NCBI RefSeq assembly: GCF_001194135.2
Contig: NC_068992.1
Coordinates: forward strand, 60,768,358-60,832,357
Length of the DNA: 64,000 nt
Direction of reading: 5' to 3'
Source of the DNA: Octopus bimaculoides
Taxonomy: Eukaryota
The position numbers were made by a program, and so were the translations under genes. The notes beneath the pieces were generated by a model, which worked only from the letters and a program-made list of their open reading frames with translations, made no database searches and was not told the DNA's origin. Below, piece after piece: positions 53,501 through 64,000 of the stretch (within the stretch, counting starts at the first letter, position 1; each line of letters begins with the position of its first letter).

Positions 53501-55024
53501 ATTTTCACTATCTTCCCTCTAATCTTAAATTACCTTTAATTTGAAAATGCCATAACATCTTGATGACAACAGGAAGAAAAAATCTATCCCGCAAGAAACG
53601 TGAGAACGTGACACGTGACTTGAAATAAATGCTGGTTGTCGACTCGCTATTTCGTGTAACCATCATTTGCACTGAAATTACAGAGGTAATACACCCCTTT
53701 CATAGATTCGCACGTCGATGAAATCATACAACAGTTTAACAACAATAACGAGCCACCTCTAAGACACTGTTGGCTCGTCAACAAGCGGCGCAGTTGCGTA
53801 AATTTTGGAGAATCAGGACTGCTCCGGCCTATTCTACACTTTCTCTCTGCCGTGAAGAACGAAGGAAATGAGGAAGCAGTTGTATTTAATTGCCACAGAA
53901 ATGAGTGATACCGCAAACACTGCATTGTGAGGTCCGAAACTAGAGATTTAACGTAGGCCCGAAACAGAAATAGCATCACGGCACAAAAAGGATCAATACA
54001 TTTTATAATAAGCGTTTGTGAGGCACGAATAGAAGCCTTTAAACTAATAAGGAACAAAAGTGGCAAGCTGACTAGAGAGCACAAACAAAGCAAGTTCCAA
54101 ACGAGAATATCCTTTTCCTATATTGCATTTTTCGTACAAATTTAAAATTACATGTGCATGCACATGCATATGCACATCATTGGATGGATGGCTGTTGAAT
54201 CATTTGAGATTTTACAGGCTTACATTTCATCTTCCATAGTGTTCAAAACTCAGCATCCTCACAAAGCAAGCTTGTTAGTGTTGCCACTTTAGTCAGCGAC
54301 GATCCCATTGAGTACAGGCTGCACCGGCTAACATGATTGGTAGTAAGATGCTTCTCTCACTCTCTCTGTCCCTTTCTTTCTCCCTTCTCTCTCTCTCTCT
54401 CTCTCACTATATATATATATATATATATATACACGCACGAACACATGTATATATATATATATNNNNNNNNNNNNNNNNNNNNNNNNNNNNNNNNNNNNNN
54501 NNNNNNNNNNNNNNNNNNNNNNNNNNNNNNNNNNNNNNNNNNNNNNNNNNNNNNNNNNNNNNNNNNNNNNNNNNNNNNNNNNNNNNNNNNNNNNNNNNNN
54601 NNNNNNNNNNNNNNNNNNNNNNNNNNNNNNNNNNNNNNNNNNNNNNNNNNNNNNNNNNNNNNNNNNNNNNNNNNNNNNNNNNNNNNNNNNNNNNNNNNNN
54701 NNNNNNNNNNNNNNNNNNNNNNNNNNNNNNNNNNNNNNNNNNNNNNNNNNNNNNNNNNNNNNNNNNNNNNNNNNNNNNNNNNNNNNNNNNNNNNNNNNNN
54801 NNNNNNNNNNNNNNNNNNNNNNNNNNNNNNNNNNNATATATATAACTTATATATATATATATATAGGGATGTCCCACAACTAGATGTATAGCTTCTCACT
54901 CGTGAAAGATCGATGCAGGATGTGTCGAAACGATCGTTGTGAGCAATAAAGTTTCCCGTGATTTCTACCTCCCGTCGCTATCATTTGTTTTATATATAGA
55001 TATATACCATTTATATTCTTATAT

Positions 55025-55400
55025 TTGTCTCAGTCATTTGACTGCGGCCATGCTGGAGCACCACCTTTAGTCAAAAAAATCAACCCCAGGACTTATTCTT
55101 TGTAAGCCTAGTGCTTATTCTATCGGTCTTTTTCACCGAACCGCTAAGTTGCGAGGGATGTAAACAAACCAACATCGGTTTTCAAGTGATGGTGGAGGCA
55201 CAAACACATACATGCATATAAACAGATATATATATGTTTATACGTCGAGCTTCTTTCAGTTTCCGTCCACCAAATTCCCTCACAAGGCTTTAATCGGCCC
55301 GACGTTATAGTAGAAGACACTTGCCCAAGGTACCACACAATAGGACTGAACCCGGAACCATGTACTTGGTAATCAAGTTTCTTACCACACAGCCACTCCA
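55025..55400 (-). mobile_element. SINE family B copy
   Basis: cagtcatttgactgcggccatgctggagcacc...gactgaacccggaaccatgt (reverse complement of the family B consensus). Confidence 0.9.
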
Positions 55401-56138
55401 CAAGTATAAAAGGAACCACATCAACAAAATAACCCCAAAATATCCAAAAACATATTCTACATATGTTTCAATATAACAATATTTCAGAATCATCAATAAT
55501 TGTAACTTTTAAAGATGTAATATGCGGTATATTGTCGATCTCTTCAGGAAAATTAAATGTATTTTAGTGTTGAGTTACTAAATGACTTATTTGAGGACTA
55601 TGTTTAGTAATTTTCAAATGTAAACACACTGCTTTGAAAGAAGCAGACTTCGTGTGATTAGAAATTTATCGTTTGAAATTTAGCTAGTATTGAACGTTAA
55701 AATGCTACTAAAGTTTCAAATTTATTTCAAAACATATATGTATTATATTTATATTTATAAAGGTTTATGTAAGGTAGTTGGTAGAAAGGCTGATGTAGCT
55801 TATCGTGACGGGTGTAATATACAAAAATTATATTGGGAAATATAAATAAATGTTGGATGAATAACATTGGTGTTATTTAAGGATTTAATTAGTTAGAATA
55901 TAATTTCTGGTGTTCGAAGAAAAATATTTTGTATTTAAAATATAGGGTGCATAAAAAACTATATAATACTCACTTACGAAATGTTGCTAAATGCTAGAGA
56001 AATTCTCTAGGTCAAACTTTGAGCAACTGGTGATCTCCCTTTATTTCATACATATGTGTAATTATTTCATTAGATATTTTTAAAATGAAAAATAGCTTGT
56101 GTTTCACTTTAGTAATATGTCTGTAACGTTATATGGAT

Positions 56139-56465
56139 AAAATAGATATCAATATGTACATTCAGGTTAAATTTTCATATTTATGTATTGAAATATATTA
56201 AAAGTACCAATAGTCATAAATGCGAGGTTATAATATTTCATAAAAATCACGATAAATCCTTCAAAATACAACATTTATGTAGAAATGGGGTTGTAGTAAA
56301 AAAATAGATATCAATAAGTACATGTAGATTAAATTTTCATATTTATATATTGAAATATATTAAAAGTATCAAAAGTCATAAATGCGGGATTATAATATTT
56401 CATAAGAATAAAAATAAACGATAAAGCTTTCAAAATACAGCATTTATGTAAAAATTGGGTAGTAT
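56139..56465. repeat. Tandem duplication of an AT-rich 162-bp unit (2 copies)
   Basis: aaaatagatatcaat...ttaaattttcatatttat...gtcataaatgcg...caaaatac begins at 56139 and again at 56301. Confidence 0.9.
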
Positions 56466-58007
56466 TGATTTGGGGTTTATTCAATGTTAATTAGATTTAT
56501 ATTCTATTTAACGATGAGATAGATATTATGGATTAGTAGCAATGGTTAAAGTAAAATTAAAGTAAATTATTAAAGGGCATAATTACAAAATTATGAGATC
56601 AATAGGTTAAATTTGTATATATATTTATATTTATACTTATATCATATATATTTATATTTATATATTGGTGTTAAATATGGTTTATATAATGATTGTTATC
56701 ATAAATAATTGTACTATTATCAATTATATGTGTGTATATATACATAATATATTATTTGCATATATCAAAGACATCTATTAAACACACATACGTATGTATG
56801 TATTATATAGGTATATATATATATATATATGCGTGTGTGTATATATATATATATATATGCATATATGTATNNNNNNNNNNNNNNNNNNNNNNNNNNNNNN
56901 NNNNNNNNNNNNNNNNNNNNNNNNNNNNNNNNNNNNNNNNNNNNNNNNNNNNNNNNNNNNNNNNNNNNNNNNNNNNNNNNNNNNNNNNNNNNNNNNNNNN
57001 NNNNNNNNNNNNNNNNNNNNNNNNNNNNNNNNNNNNNNNNNNNNNNNNNNNNNNNNNNNNNNNNNNNNNNNNNNNNNNNNNNNNNATATATATATATATA
57101 TATATACTACCCCCACAGGCCTTCATCTGGATTGAAAATAAGAGATAATGAGAAAATTATCACTTGATCCCTCGTTATCACAACCAACGAAATTCCGGTT
57201 GAATTACACCCTAACTGCGAAAAATATAAAGAAAGGATACATTCGATAATATAATTGTAGACATCACAAAAATAACGGATGGTCACAGCTAGTATGCCTT
57301 GAACGTAGCTCTGCTTAGCCAGGGCTTATCTAGTGCCAAATAACAATAAGAACAACAAAAGGCAACACTCTTTATCACACTGATTCAGTATGTACATCGA
57401 GTCAAGATGCAAAGGAAGAAATTTTTCACTGAAAATAATGGGAGAGTGTTGTAACATCTAATATAGTTCATAATGGGAGAGACGTACTTTTCTTAGTAAC
57501 TGCCTCACTTTAACGAAATCCTGCTACCCTCAACTAGAAAGCTTAATTAAGGAAAGTATATTGAGAAATAAACTCGTTCTGACTAAAGGCAAATTCGGAT
57601 GGTGTATAGACACGTTCGTTAAGAAAGCTTGATTGGATAGCAACACGAAAAATAAGACAAAATTAAGTCAAGATATGAATACAATTTAGAAGTGTTCTGT
57701 TTGGTATGAAAATTAGGGAGTGTTGAAAGAAATTTCTAGCATACAAATGTAATGTTCATATCGCATTTACCATCAAGTGAGATGTTTTTACGCGTTAATA
57801 CAGTGTAAAACTTAATCATCTTCACGAGTACAAACAGAGAAACTGTGAAGCAGATGCACAGGTGCTGGTATAGTTGTGCTTAAAACGTTCCTTTCACGAC
57901 CACGTGTTTCTTGGTTCTATCCCACCATGCAGTACCTTAGATATGTATCTTTTACCCTAATCTTTGATGGGCCAATACATTCTAAATGCAATTACTCGGA
58001 CTGGAAG

Positions 58008-58172
58008 TGTAGGCGCAGAAATGGTTGTGTAGTAAGTAGTTTGCTTCCCAACCATATGGATCTGGGTTCAGTCTCACTGTGTGATACCTTGGGCAAGTAT
58101 CTTCTTCTATTGCACCCAGGCTGACCAAAACCTTGTGAGAGGATTTGGTAGACGAAAACTGAAAGAACTCCG

Positions 58173-58180
<8 letters not shown>
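58008..58180 (+). mobile_element. SINE family B 5' half ending in (AT)n
   Basis: gcttcccaaccatatggatctgggttcagtctcactgtgtgataccttgggcaagt...gaaagaactccgtcatatata. Confidence 0.85.
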
Positions 58181-58213
<33 letters not shown>

Positions 58214-60294
58214 TATGTATGCGTACATTTGTGTGCGTGTATATATATATATATATGTGTGTGTATTGTGTATGTGTGTGTATGTTTGTGTATGCCTTTG
58301 TCCTACTAAAACCTTCCAGGCGATGCCCCAGTATGGGTACAGTCCAATCGATGAACCAAGTAAAAGATCTAATTTCCCAAAAAATGGAAATGTTATGTTC
58401 TCTCAACGATATATACTTTCTATGCCGTCAACAATATGCGCGCGCGTGTGTGTTTACATAATATATTCATATACGTGATAATGCTTGCTTTTACGTGAAT
58501 TTATAAGTAAAAATCAATTTAATATTAAGCTGAATGATTGCTGAATACTTTTTAATAGAGTCATGTTTATATATTATTTCAACAAGGAAAAGGTTGACAG
58601 TGACTTCGAAGTTTCGGCTGCTCCACCGTAATCATTTACGTCAGTAAAGTTTCGTCTACAGTTACAATATATTCCTCAAATTTCGGGGAAAAAGAACAAA
58701 ATTTGTCCGAAAATTCTTTTTAAAAACTATTTGTGTATTTTTTGTTGTTGGCATTTTTATTTTATTTGCTTATTTTTTACATATGAGTTTCATACACATG
58801 CGTAAGCAGAGCTCGCATTCATCCCAGCTCATAGCCGAAAGCTTGACGCATGCATGATCATAGGTTGCTTCCAGCACCGCCGACAGCCGAAAATTGAAAC
58901 TTTAACGCATATGCAATGAGACCTTGCTTCCTAATACAACCAATAGTCAGTTGCCTAAAGATTCACACATGCACAACTGGACCTCGCTTTCTGTCCACCT
59001 GATAACTTCCGGCACAGTCCACACACACACACACACACACACATGTAGTTTCCGTCCACCAATTTCATCCACAAGGTTTTAGATTGGTGAACTCGGACCT
59101 ATGGCAGAAGACTCTCACCAAAGGTGTGGCGTAGTGGAATTGATCCCGAAACCACGTAATTACGAAGTGAACTTCTTAACTACGAAACTATGCCTGCGCC
59201 TGTGGGAATATTTCTGATAATAAATTGTATCGTTGCTATGCTTACTATGTATGAAGTTCGGTAACTACAAAATATGACGAGGTAAATAACCTACAGACTG
59301 TAATTGCTTGCCACAATAAGTCAGTGAATGAACGATTTACAGACATGTTAATTCTAAACAATTTAGAAAATCAGAAAAATAAAGGATTTAACGCTTGTCA
59401 AGGAGAAATTATTTGTTATTAGCCGAAATGAAGAAATTTTGAAAAACAATTTTTTTTTTTTTTCTTTCCTGTTAAAAAATTAAGAATAACATGCTGTGGA
59501 GGAATACAAGGACACACGTTTCGTGATGAGGCTGAATGTGAACTTACTGAAAAAGCGAAATAAGTAGATCGAGCCAACCTTCTATATTACTCAGTAATTC
59601 TATCTCGAGTCCAAGGATTCATAGAACCTTTTGCCCGGTTGTTATGAAGTATAAGTGACCGAGACTAGAATTCCTTCTGATAATAAAACCAGTATGTCAC
59701 AGCGTTAATTATGTACAGCTGAGTGAACAGGAGCAACGTGAAATGAAGTATTTTGCTTAAGATCATAACGCATAACATGATCCAGAAATTGAAACTACGA
59801 TTCTGCGGAAAGTGAACGCAACACTTTAACCACTAAGCCACACATTCTGCATTCTGCATTACTAATGTTTGATTTTAAAGTATGCAATAAAAATCCTTTA
59901 AAAGTGGTTCTGCTTTTAAAGGATTATCATCAACTATTTAAATCGATCAGTCATTTAGTACTGTTCTTTTGAACCGAATTAAAAATTAGATTACAGAACA
60001 CGTGTATGTTGTATGTTGCCGTTTTAATACCCGAAAATTTTGATGTAAATTGTTTCTCTCAAAACTTATCTGTTCTGCACTCTGGTGAACCTGGATTTAA
60101 TGATGTTTCTGATTATAGAAGTACTCAGGGTATTTGGCATTTAGCTATAAAGAATCTCTGAGAGTTAGATTATTTTAGAAAAATTTTGTTGCTTAAAGGT
60201 TTGGTAGCGCTGCTGTTATAGCAAACAAACTTAATGGCATTCACGTAAAAATTAGAGACTATCATAGCAAATTTTTCTCAACTGTTATTTTAAA

Positions 60295-60558
60295 ACTGGC
60301 ATTCCGTCGGTTACGACGAGGAGGGATCCTGTTGATCCAATCAACGGAACAGCCTACTCGTGAAATTAACTTGCAAGTGGCTGAGCACTCCACAGACATG
60401 CGTACCCTTAACGCAGTTCTCAGGGCGATTCAGCGTGACACAAAATGTGACAAAACTGACTCTTTGAATTACAGGCACAACAGAAAATAGGAAGTAAGAG
60501 TGAGAGAAAGTTGTGGTGGAAGAGTACAGCACGGTTCGCCACCAACCCCTGCCGGAGC
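60295..60558 (+). mobile_element. Dispersed repeat/SINE segment
   Basis: actggcattccgtcggttacgacg...gctgagcactccacagac...gagagaaagttgtggtggaagagtacagc...cgccaccaacccctgccggagc; recalled as a common octopus repeat, not verified. Confidence 0.55.
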
Positions 60559-60856
60559 TGCCCTATTCGCCAGATTTAGTATCTGCAGACTTTTATCTCT
60601 TTCCCAATATGAAAATGCAGCTGAAAGGTCGCCGTTTTAACACTGTTGTCGAGATCCAGAGCGAATTGCAGAAGGTCTGCGACTTGCTTACGGAAAATGA
60701 CTTCCAGGCTGGATTCCAAAAGTGGCAAAAACGCTGGGACCGGTGTATTGCTGTGCAAGGAGCCTATTTCGAAGGAGATAGTATTAAAACTTAGGTACAT
60801 AAGTTATTTTTTCATTAAGCATAACTAGTTCGGGAACTGTTTCACACCACCTCGTA
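60559..60856 (+). mobile_element. Mariner (DD34D) transposase C-terminus and right TIR
   Basis: PYSPDLVSADFYLFPNMKMQLKGRRFNTVVEIQSE...FQKWQKRWDRCIAVQGAYFEGD (YSPDLAP and WDKCI..QG.YFE motifs). The terminal sequence ...ttcacaccacctcg-TA ends at 60856. Confidence 0.92.
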
Positions 60857-61160
60857 TTTGTGCAATAAAACTTTCACCTATAAACGTTTCTAGCGTTAAT
60901 AACTCAAAGAAAGTTTTAATGTACAGCTTTTGTTTCAATAAATTTTTTAAATAATGAAGAATTTAGCGGTCACTAATAAGCTGATGCTTCGAAGGAATTT
61001 ACAGAAAATAATTAATGAAAGCTTTAATTGAAATAGCTTTAAAACAGAAACTTTCCCTCATAGAACCAGGAGCGGTCTTAGTTGGATTGATACCAAAAAA
61101 GGACAATGCGTGGAAAATTAATTGAAAATGTTTAAATACGAAAAGGAATTTGAGCCTCCG

Positions 61161-61318
61161 GTATACACAGTTAAGATAGTATTTAATTAAAATAGCCATG
61201 TGTGTGCGCGTGTGTGTGTGTGTGTGTATCATACTTAATGTATATTCGACAGTGCGTATACATTGAATATGAAGCATAGATGGCTATTTTAATTAAATAC
61301 TGCCTCAATTGCATACAC
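61161..61318. repeat. Foldback inverted repeat (possible MITE relic)
   Basis: Perfect 21-bp inverted repeat at 61179-61199 / 61280-61300. It extends 18 bp outward with 7 mismatches, all transitions, and has an inner aatgtata/tatacatt hairpin. Confidence 0.8.
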
Positions 61319-61884
61319 CTGATTGTTATTCATCCGGGCGGAAATTAGCAACGCTGATGAATGTTTTATTCACTTTTTCTTATAATAACGACGACGAATT
61401 TTCTTCCGAGCATGTAGTTGGCTGCGAGTATGCGCCACTAAAAAGTCTCAAAAAAGGCCTAAATGCATCTGGTGCTCTTGCTGGCCGCTGCTGGAACGAA
61501 TCCTCGTCCTTCCCTGTGATATTTATTATATTTTTAACTCAGTACTTTCATCAGATAATATCTCAGGATAAATACTACAATGACTCTATCGACAGTGAGT
61601 ATACATCAAGTATGATACATAGCTTGCAATTTGGACTTATTTTTTATTCACATCCTGTAACTGTTTCTATATAATATAATAGAGGTAAGGTGACGGATCC
61701 TTAATAAATTGCAACTTCCCTTATCAAACCTTAGGTTGAACTTTTAACTCAACACGTCAGCAGATTTCTCTCGTGTATATCAGTAAACATTCTGTTTTGT
61801 TCTCTCCGTATAATTATTTCTAATTATAGTTTTTAAAGCTTCCTGTATCAACAATAATTTAACTTCCGAGAAGAGGCCATTGTA

Positions 61885-62310
61885 TTGGTTTCAAATTTTA
61901 GCACAAGGCCAGTAATTTCGGAGGAGATGGAAAATTGATTACATCGACCCCCAACGTTCAACTTGTACTTATTTTATTGAACACGGAAGTTTGAAAGGCA
62001 AGTACAACTCCGGCGGAATTTGAACTCAGAATGTAAAAATGGACGAAATGCCGCTAAACATTTTGCCCGGCATGATATCGATTTTGCCAGATGTCATTAT
62101 ATTCTTTTCTACACTAGGTACACGGCCCGAAATTTTGAGAGAGGGGGCCAGTCGATTAGATCTACCTCAGTACGCAACTGGTACATAAATTATCGACTCC
62201 GAAAGGATGAAAGGCAAATTCGACCTCGGTGGAATTTCAACTCAGAACTTAAAGACAGACGAAACACCGCTAAACATTTTGCCCGGCATGCTGTCGATTT
62301 TGCCAGAGGT
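61885..62310 (-). mobile_element. Two tandem SINE family A copies
   Basis: Reverse-complement consensus twice (ggcggaatttgaactcagaa; cgacctcggtggaatttcaactcagaac). Confidence 0.9.
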
Positions 62311-62344
62311 CATTATATTAGCGCTAGAACAAACAGAGAAGACA

Positions 62345-62560
62345 GTATACTTGTGTCCAGAAGTTGAAGTGTACCCGTTAGTGATAGAATGTCAATTGAC
62401 CAGCCCTTCTCTGGATGCAATCCACAATGACAGTGGTAAAAGCAACAGCAGTGTCCCAGATGTAGACGCAACACTCTATTGTGAGCCTCATTCCAGCCCA
62501 GTAGAGTGTCCAAAACTGTTGGGCAAGGAAAAGATATCTTCTGACTGGCTTTGTTAATAA
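62345..62560 (-). mobile_element. CR1/Jockey-like LINE RT C-terminal fragment
   Basis: RRYLFLAQQFWTLYWAGMRLTIECCVYIWDTAVAFTTVIVDCIQRRAGQL...LCLF parallels the LYKAQVRP.MEYCSHIW...LDRIQRRAIRL...SLCLFY motif. Confidence 0.75.
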
Positions 62561-63312
62561 AATCAGCATTAAATTTGTTAAACACTAGCTTTACTAATAC
62601 CCAAAGTTTGCATTTTTATCATCTTCCCTTTAAATATAGTAGCACTAATTTAAATATTGCTTCTGTTTGGTTTTTGATCATACGTACTTCAAACATGCTA
62701 ACTCTCAGTTAACTATTCTCTCTAGTTAGATTTTTAATGTTCCAAGCATTAAAGGTGTAAAGACTAACTTTATTATTTTTTCTAGTTTGCTTTTTAGTGC
62801 GCTAAACATTAAATATTTTAACACGAAATTAACTAAATCAATCCTAAATTTTAAAATAAACTAGAGACTGAGAAAACTAGTAGTGGTCTGTATTGATAAA
62901 AAAATAATTTAGTAAATTAGTAAATTTAGTAAATTTAGTAAATTAGTATTCCGAAGATGGTAGAGAACTCTGCGGTCGGAAAGATAACTAAATTTACAGA
63001 GTTTACTAAATCAATATTAACTTACATGAAATCAATAACTACTTCATTGAATTCTTAGGCATATTTCAAACAGCTTTGTTAAATATTAGTCAAGGAATCT
63101 TCAAGTTTCTGGAACATTCTCTCGATATTTATTTAATTTTGGAGCGCAAACACAATAGTATGATTAAGAACTTCGTTTCGCTATTGAGTTGTTCCGGGTT
63201 TTGATTCCATTGAGCAGCACGTTGGGCAAGTGTCCACTGCAATGACATCGAATCAAGCAAGCGTCTTTTAAGTGCTCTTTCGGTAGACTTAAACTATTTG
63301 AAATCCTGTCGG

Positions 63313-63357
<45 letters not shown>

Positions 63358-63653
63358 NNNNNNNNNNNNNNNNNNNNNNNNNNNNNNNNNNNNNNNNNNN
63401 NNNNNNNNNNNNNNNNNNNNNNNNNNNNNNNNNNNNNNNNNNNNNNNNNNNNNNNNNNNNNNNNNNNNNNNNNNNNNNNNNNNNNNNNNNNNNNNNNNNN
63501 NNNNNNNNNNNNNNNNNNNNNNNNNNNNNNNNNNNNNNNNNNNNNNNNNNNNNNNNNNNNNNNNNNNNTATATATACATATATACATATATAAACTTACT
63601 TGGAAATGGATGCGTGGCGTTCAATTAAATAATAAATAGCAAATGATATACAG

Positions 63654-63684
<31 letters not shown>

Positions 63685-63685
<1 letters not shown>

Positions 63686-64000
63686 TACATATATGGGTAC
63701 AGGACGTCACCAACGGTTCAAACAATATGAAATACGTAAACAAACGAGTTAAATATGTAAACAAGACAAGTAAACACAGAGAAAGGACCCATTATCAGTT
63801 GTCAGCTATCTATCTTCTCCTCGTTTCGAGCATTCAACGACAATATGAGTCTTCAAAGACAGTTTCTCCCATAAATTCTAAAATGAAATTTAGGATTTAT
63901 GGAGGGTCATAGTTGGAAACAAGAACATGACAGTGGAGACATACAAGGAAACGAACGAAAATAGGCATGGGGGTGTCGTTAGACACACAGACACTTATGC
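63685..64000 (-). mobile_element. Probable PLE-derived terminal repeat fragment (runs off the window)
   Basis: On the minus strand a decayed ttgaaga...aatgctc-gaaa-cg motif is followed by a pyrimidine-rich tail ending at (AT)n. Confidence 0.35.

Noticed and set aside
53925-53972. gtgaggtccgaaac...ggcccgaaac resembling an engineered hammerhead
   Set aside because: No CUGANGA core, and stem II cannot pair.
59520-59570. gtgatga-ggct...agc-gaaa motif
   Set aside because: The core lacks the initial CU, and stems I and III are not supported.
6930-61590. Several other AG...GT-bounded short open segments (about 6930-7015, 12578-12638, 17295-17334, 61541-61592)
   Set aside because: They are short with weak or average splice sites and no recognisable peptides. 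Such sites are expected by chance in 64 kb, and the 12578 one probably lies in LINE sequence.
62207-62557. 116-aa plus-strand ORF with a protein-like C-terminus
   Set aside because: It is the antisense of a LINE RT fragment fused to a SINE A copy.
18104-63639. Long ORFs of 100-325 aa spanning N runs or made of YIYI/CVCV/HTHT/SLSL/poly-E/poly-N repeats
   Set aside because: They are artefacts of assembly gaps and di/trinucleotide microsatellites, with no coding signal.

Overview
AT-rich, repeat-dense eukaryotic DNA (intronic or intergenic) from a gapped draft assembly. It has 13 N-gaps, 12 of them abutting microsatellites. The dominant tRNA-derived SINE families match ones I recall from Octopus, so an octopus origin is likely, but that is recall and not a database result. 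I can support no complete protein-coding gene, and almost all ORFs in the supplied track are microsatellite or N-run artefacts. The supportable content is: three abundant SINE families; decayed LINE fragments (RTE and CR1/L2-like); Penelope-like element (PLE) remnants (RT thumb, linker plus GIY-YIG endonuclease, terminal regions); two Tc1/mariner transposase relics; a mariner-type MITE; a Helentron/HINE-like element; a piggyBac-like end; and several mini- and microsatellites. The most notable signal is a set of hammerhead-ribozyme-like motifs. One has an intact core (50300-50343) and about nine are decayed relics. Most have short palindromic stem III sequences of the dimer-type minimal hammerheads known from PLEs. 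Three weak candidate + strand host exons are noted, one bracketed by inverted SINE arrays. No CRISPR array, rRNA or intact tRNA gene was found.
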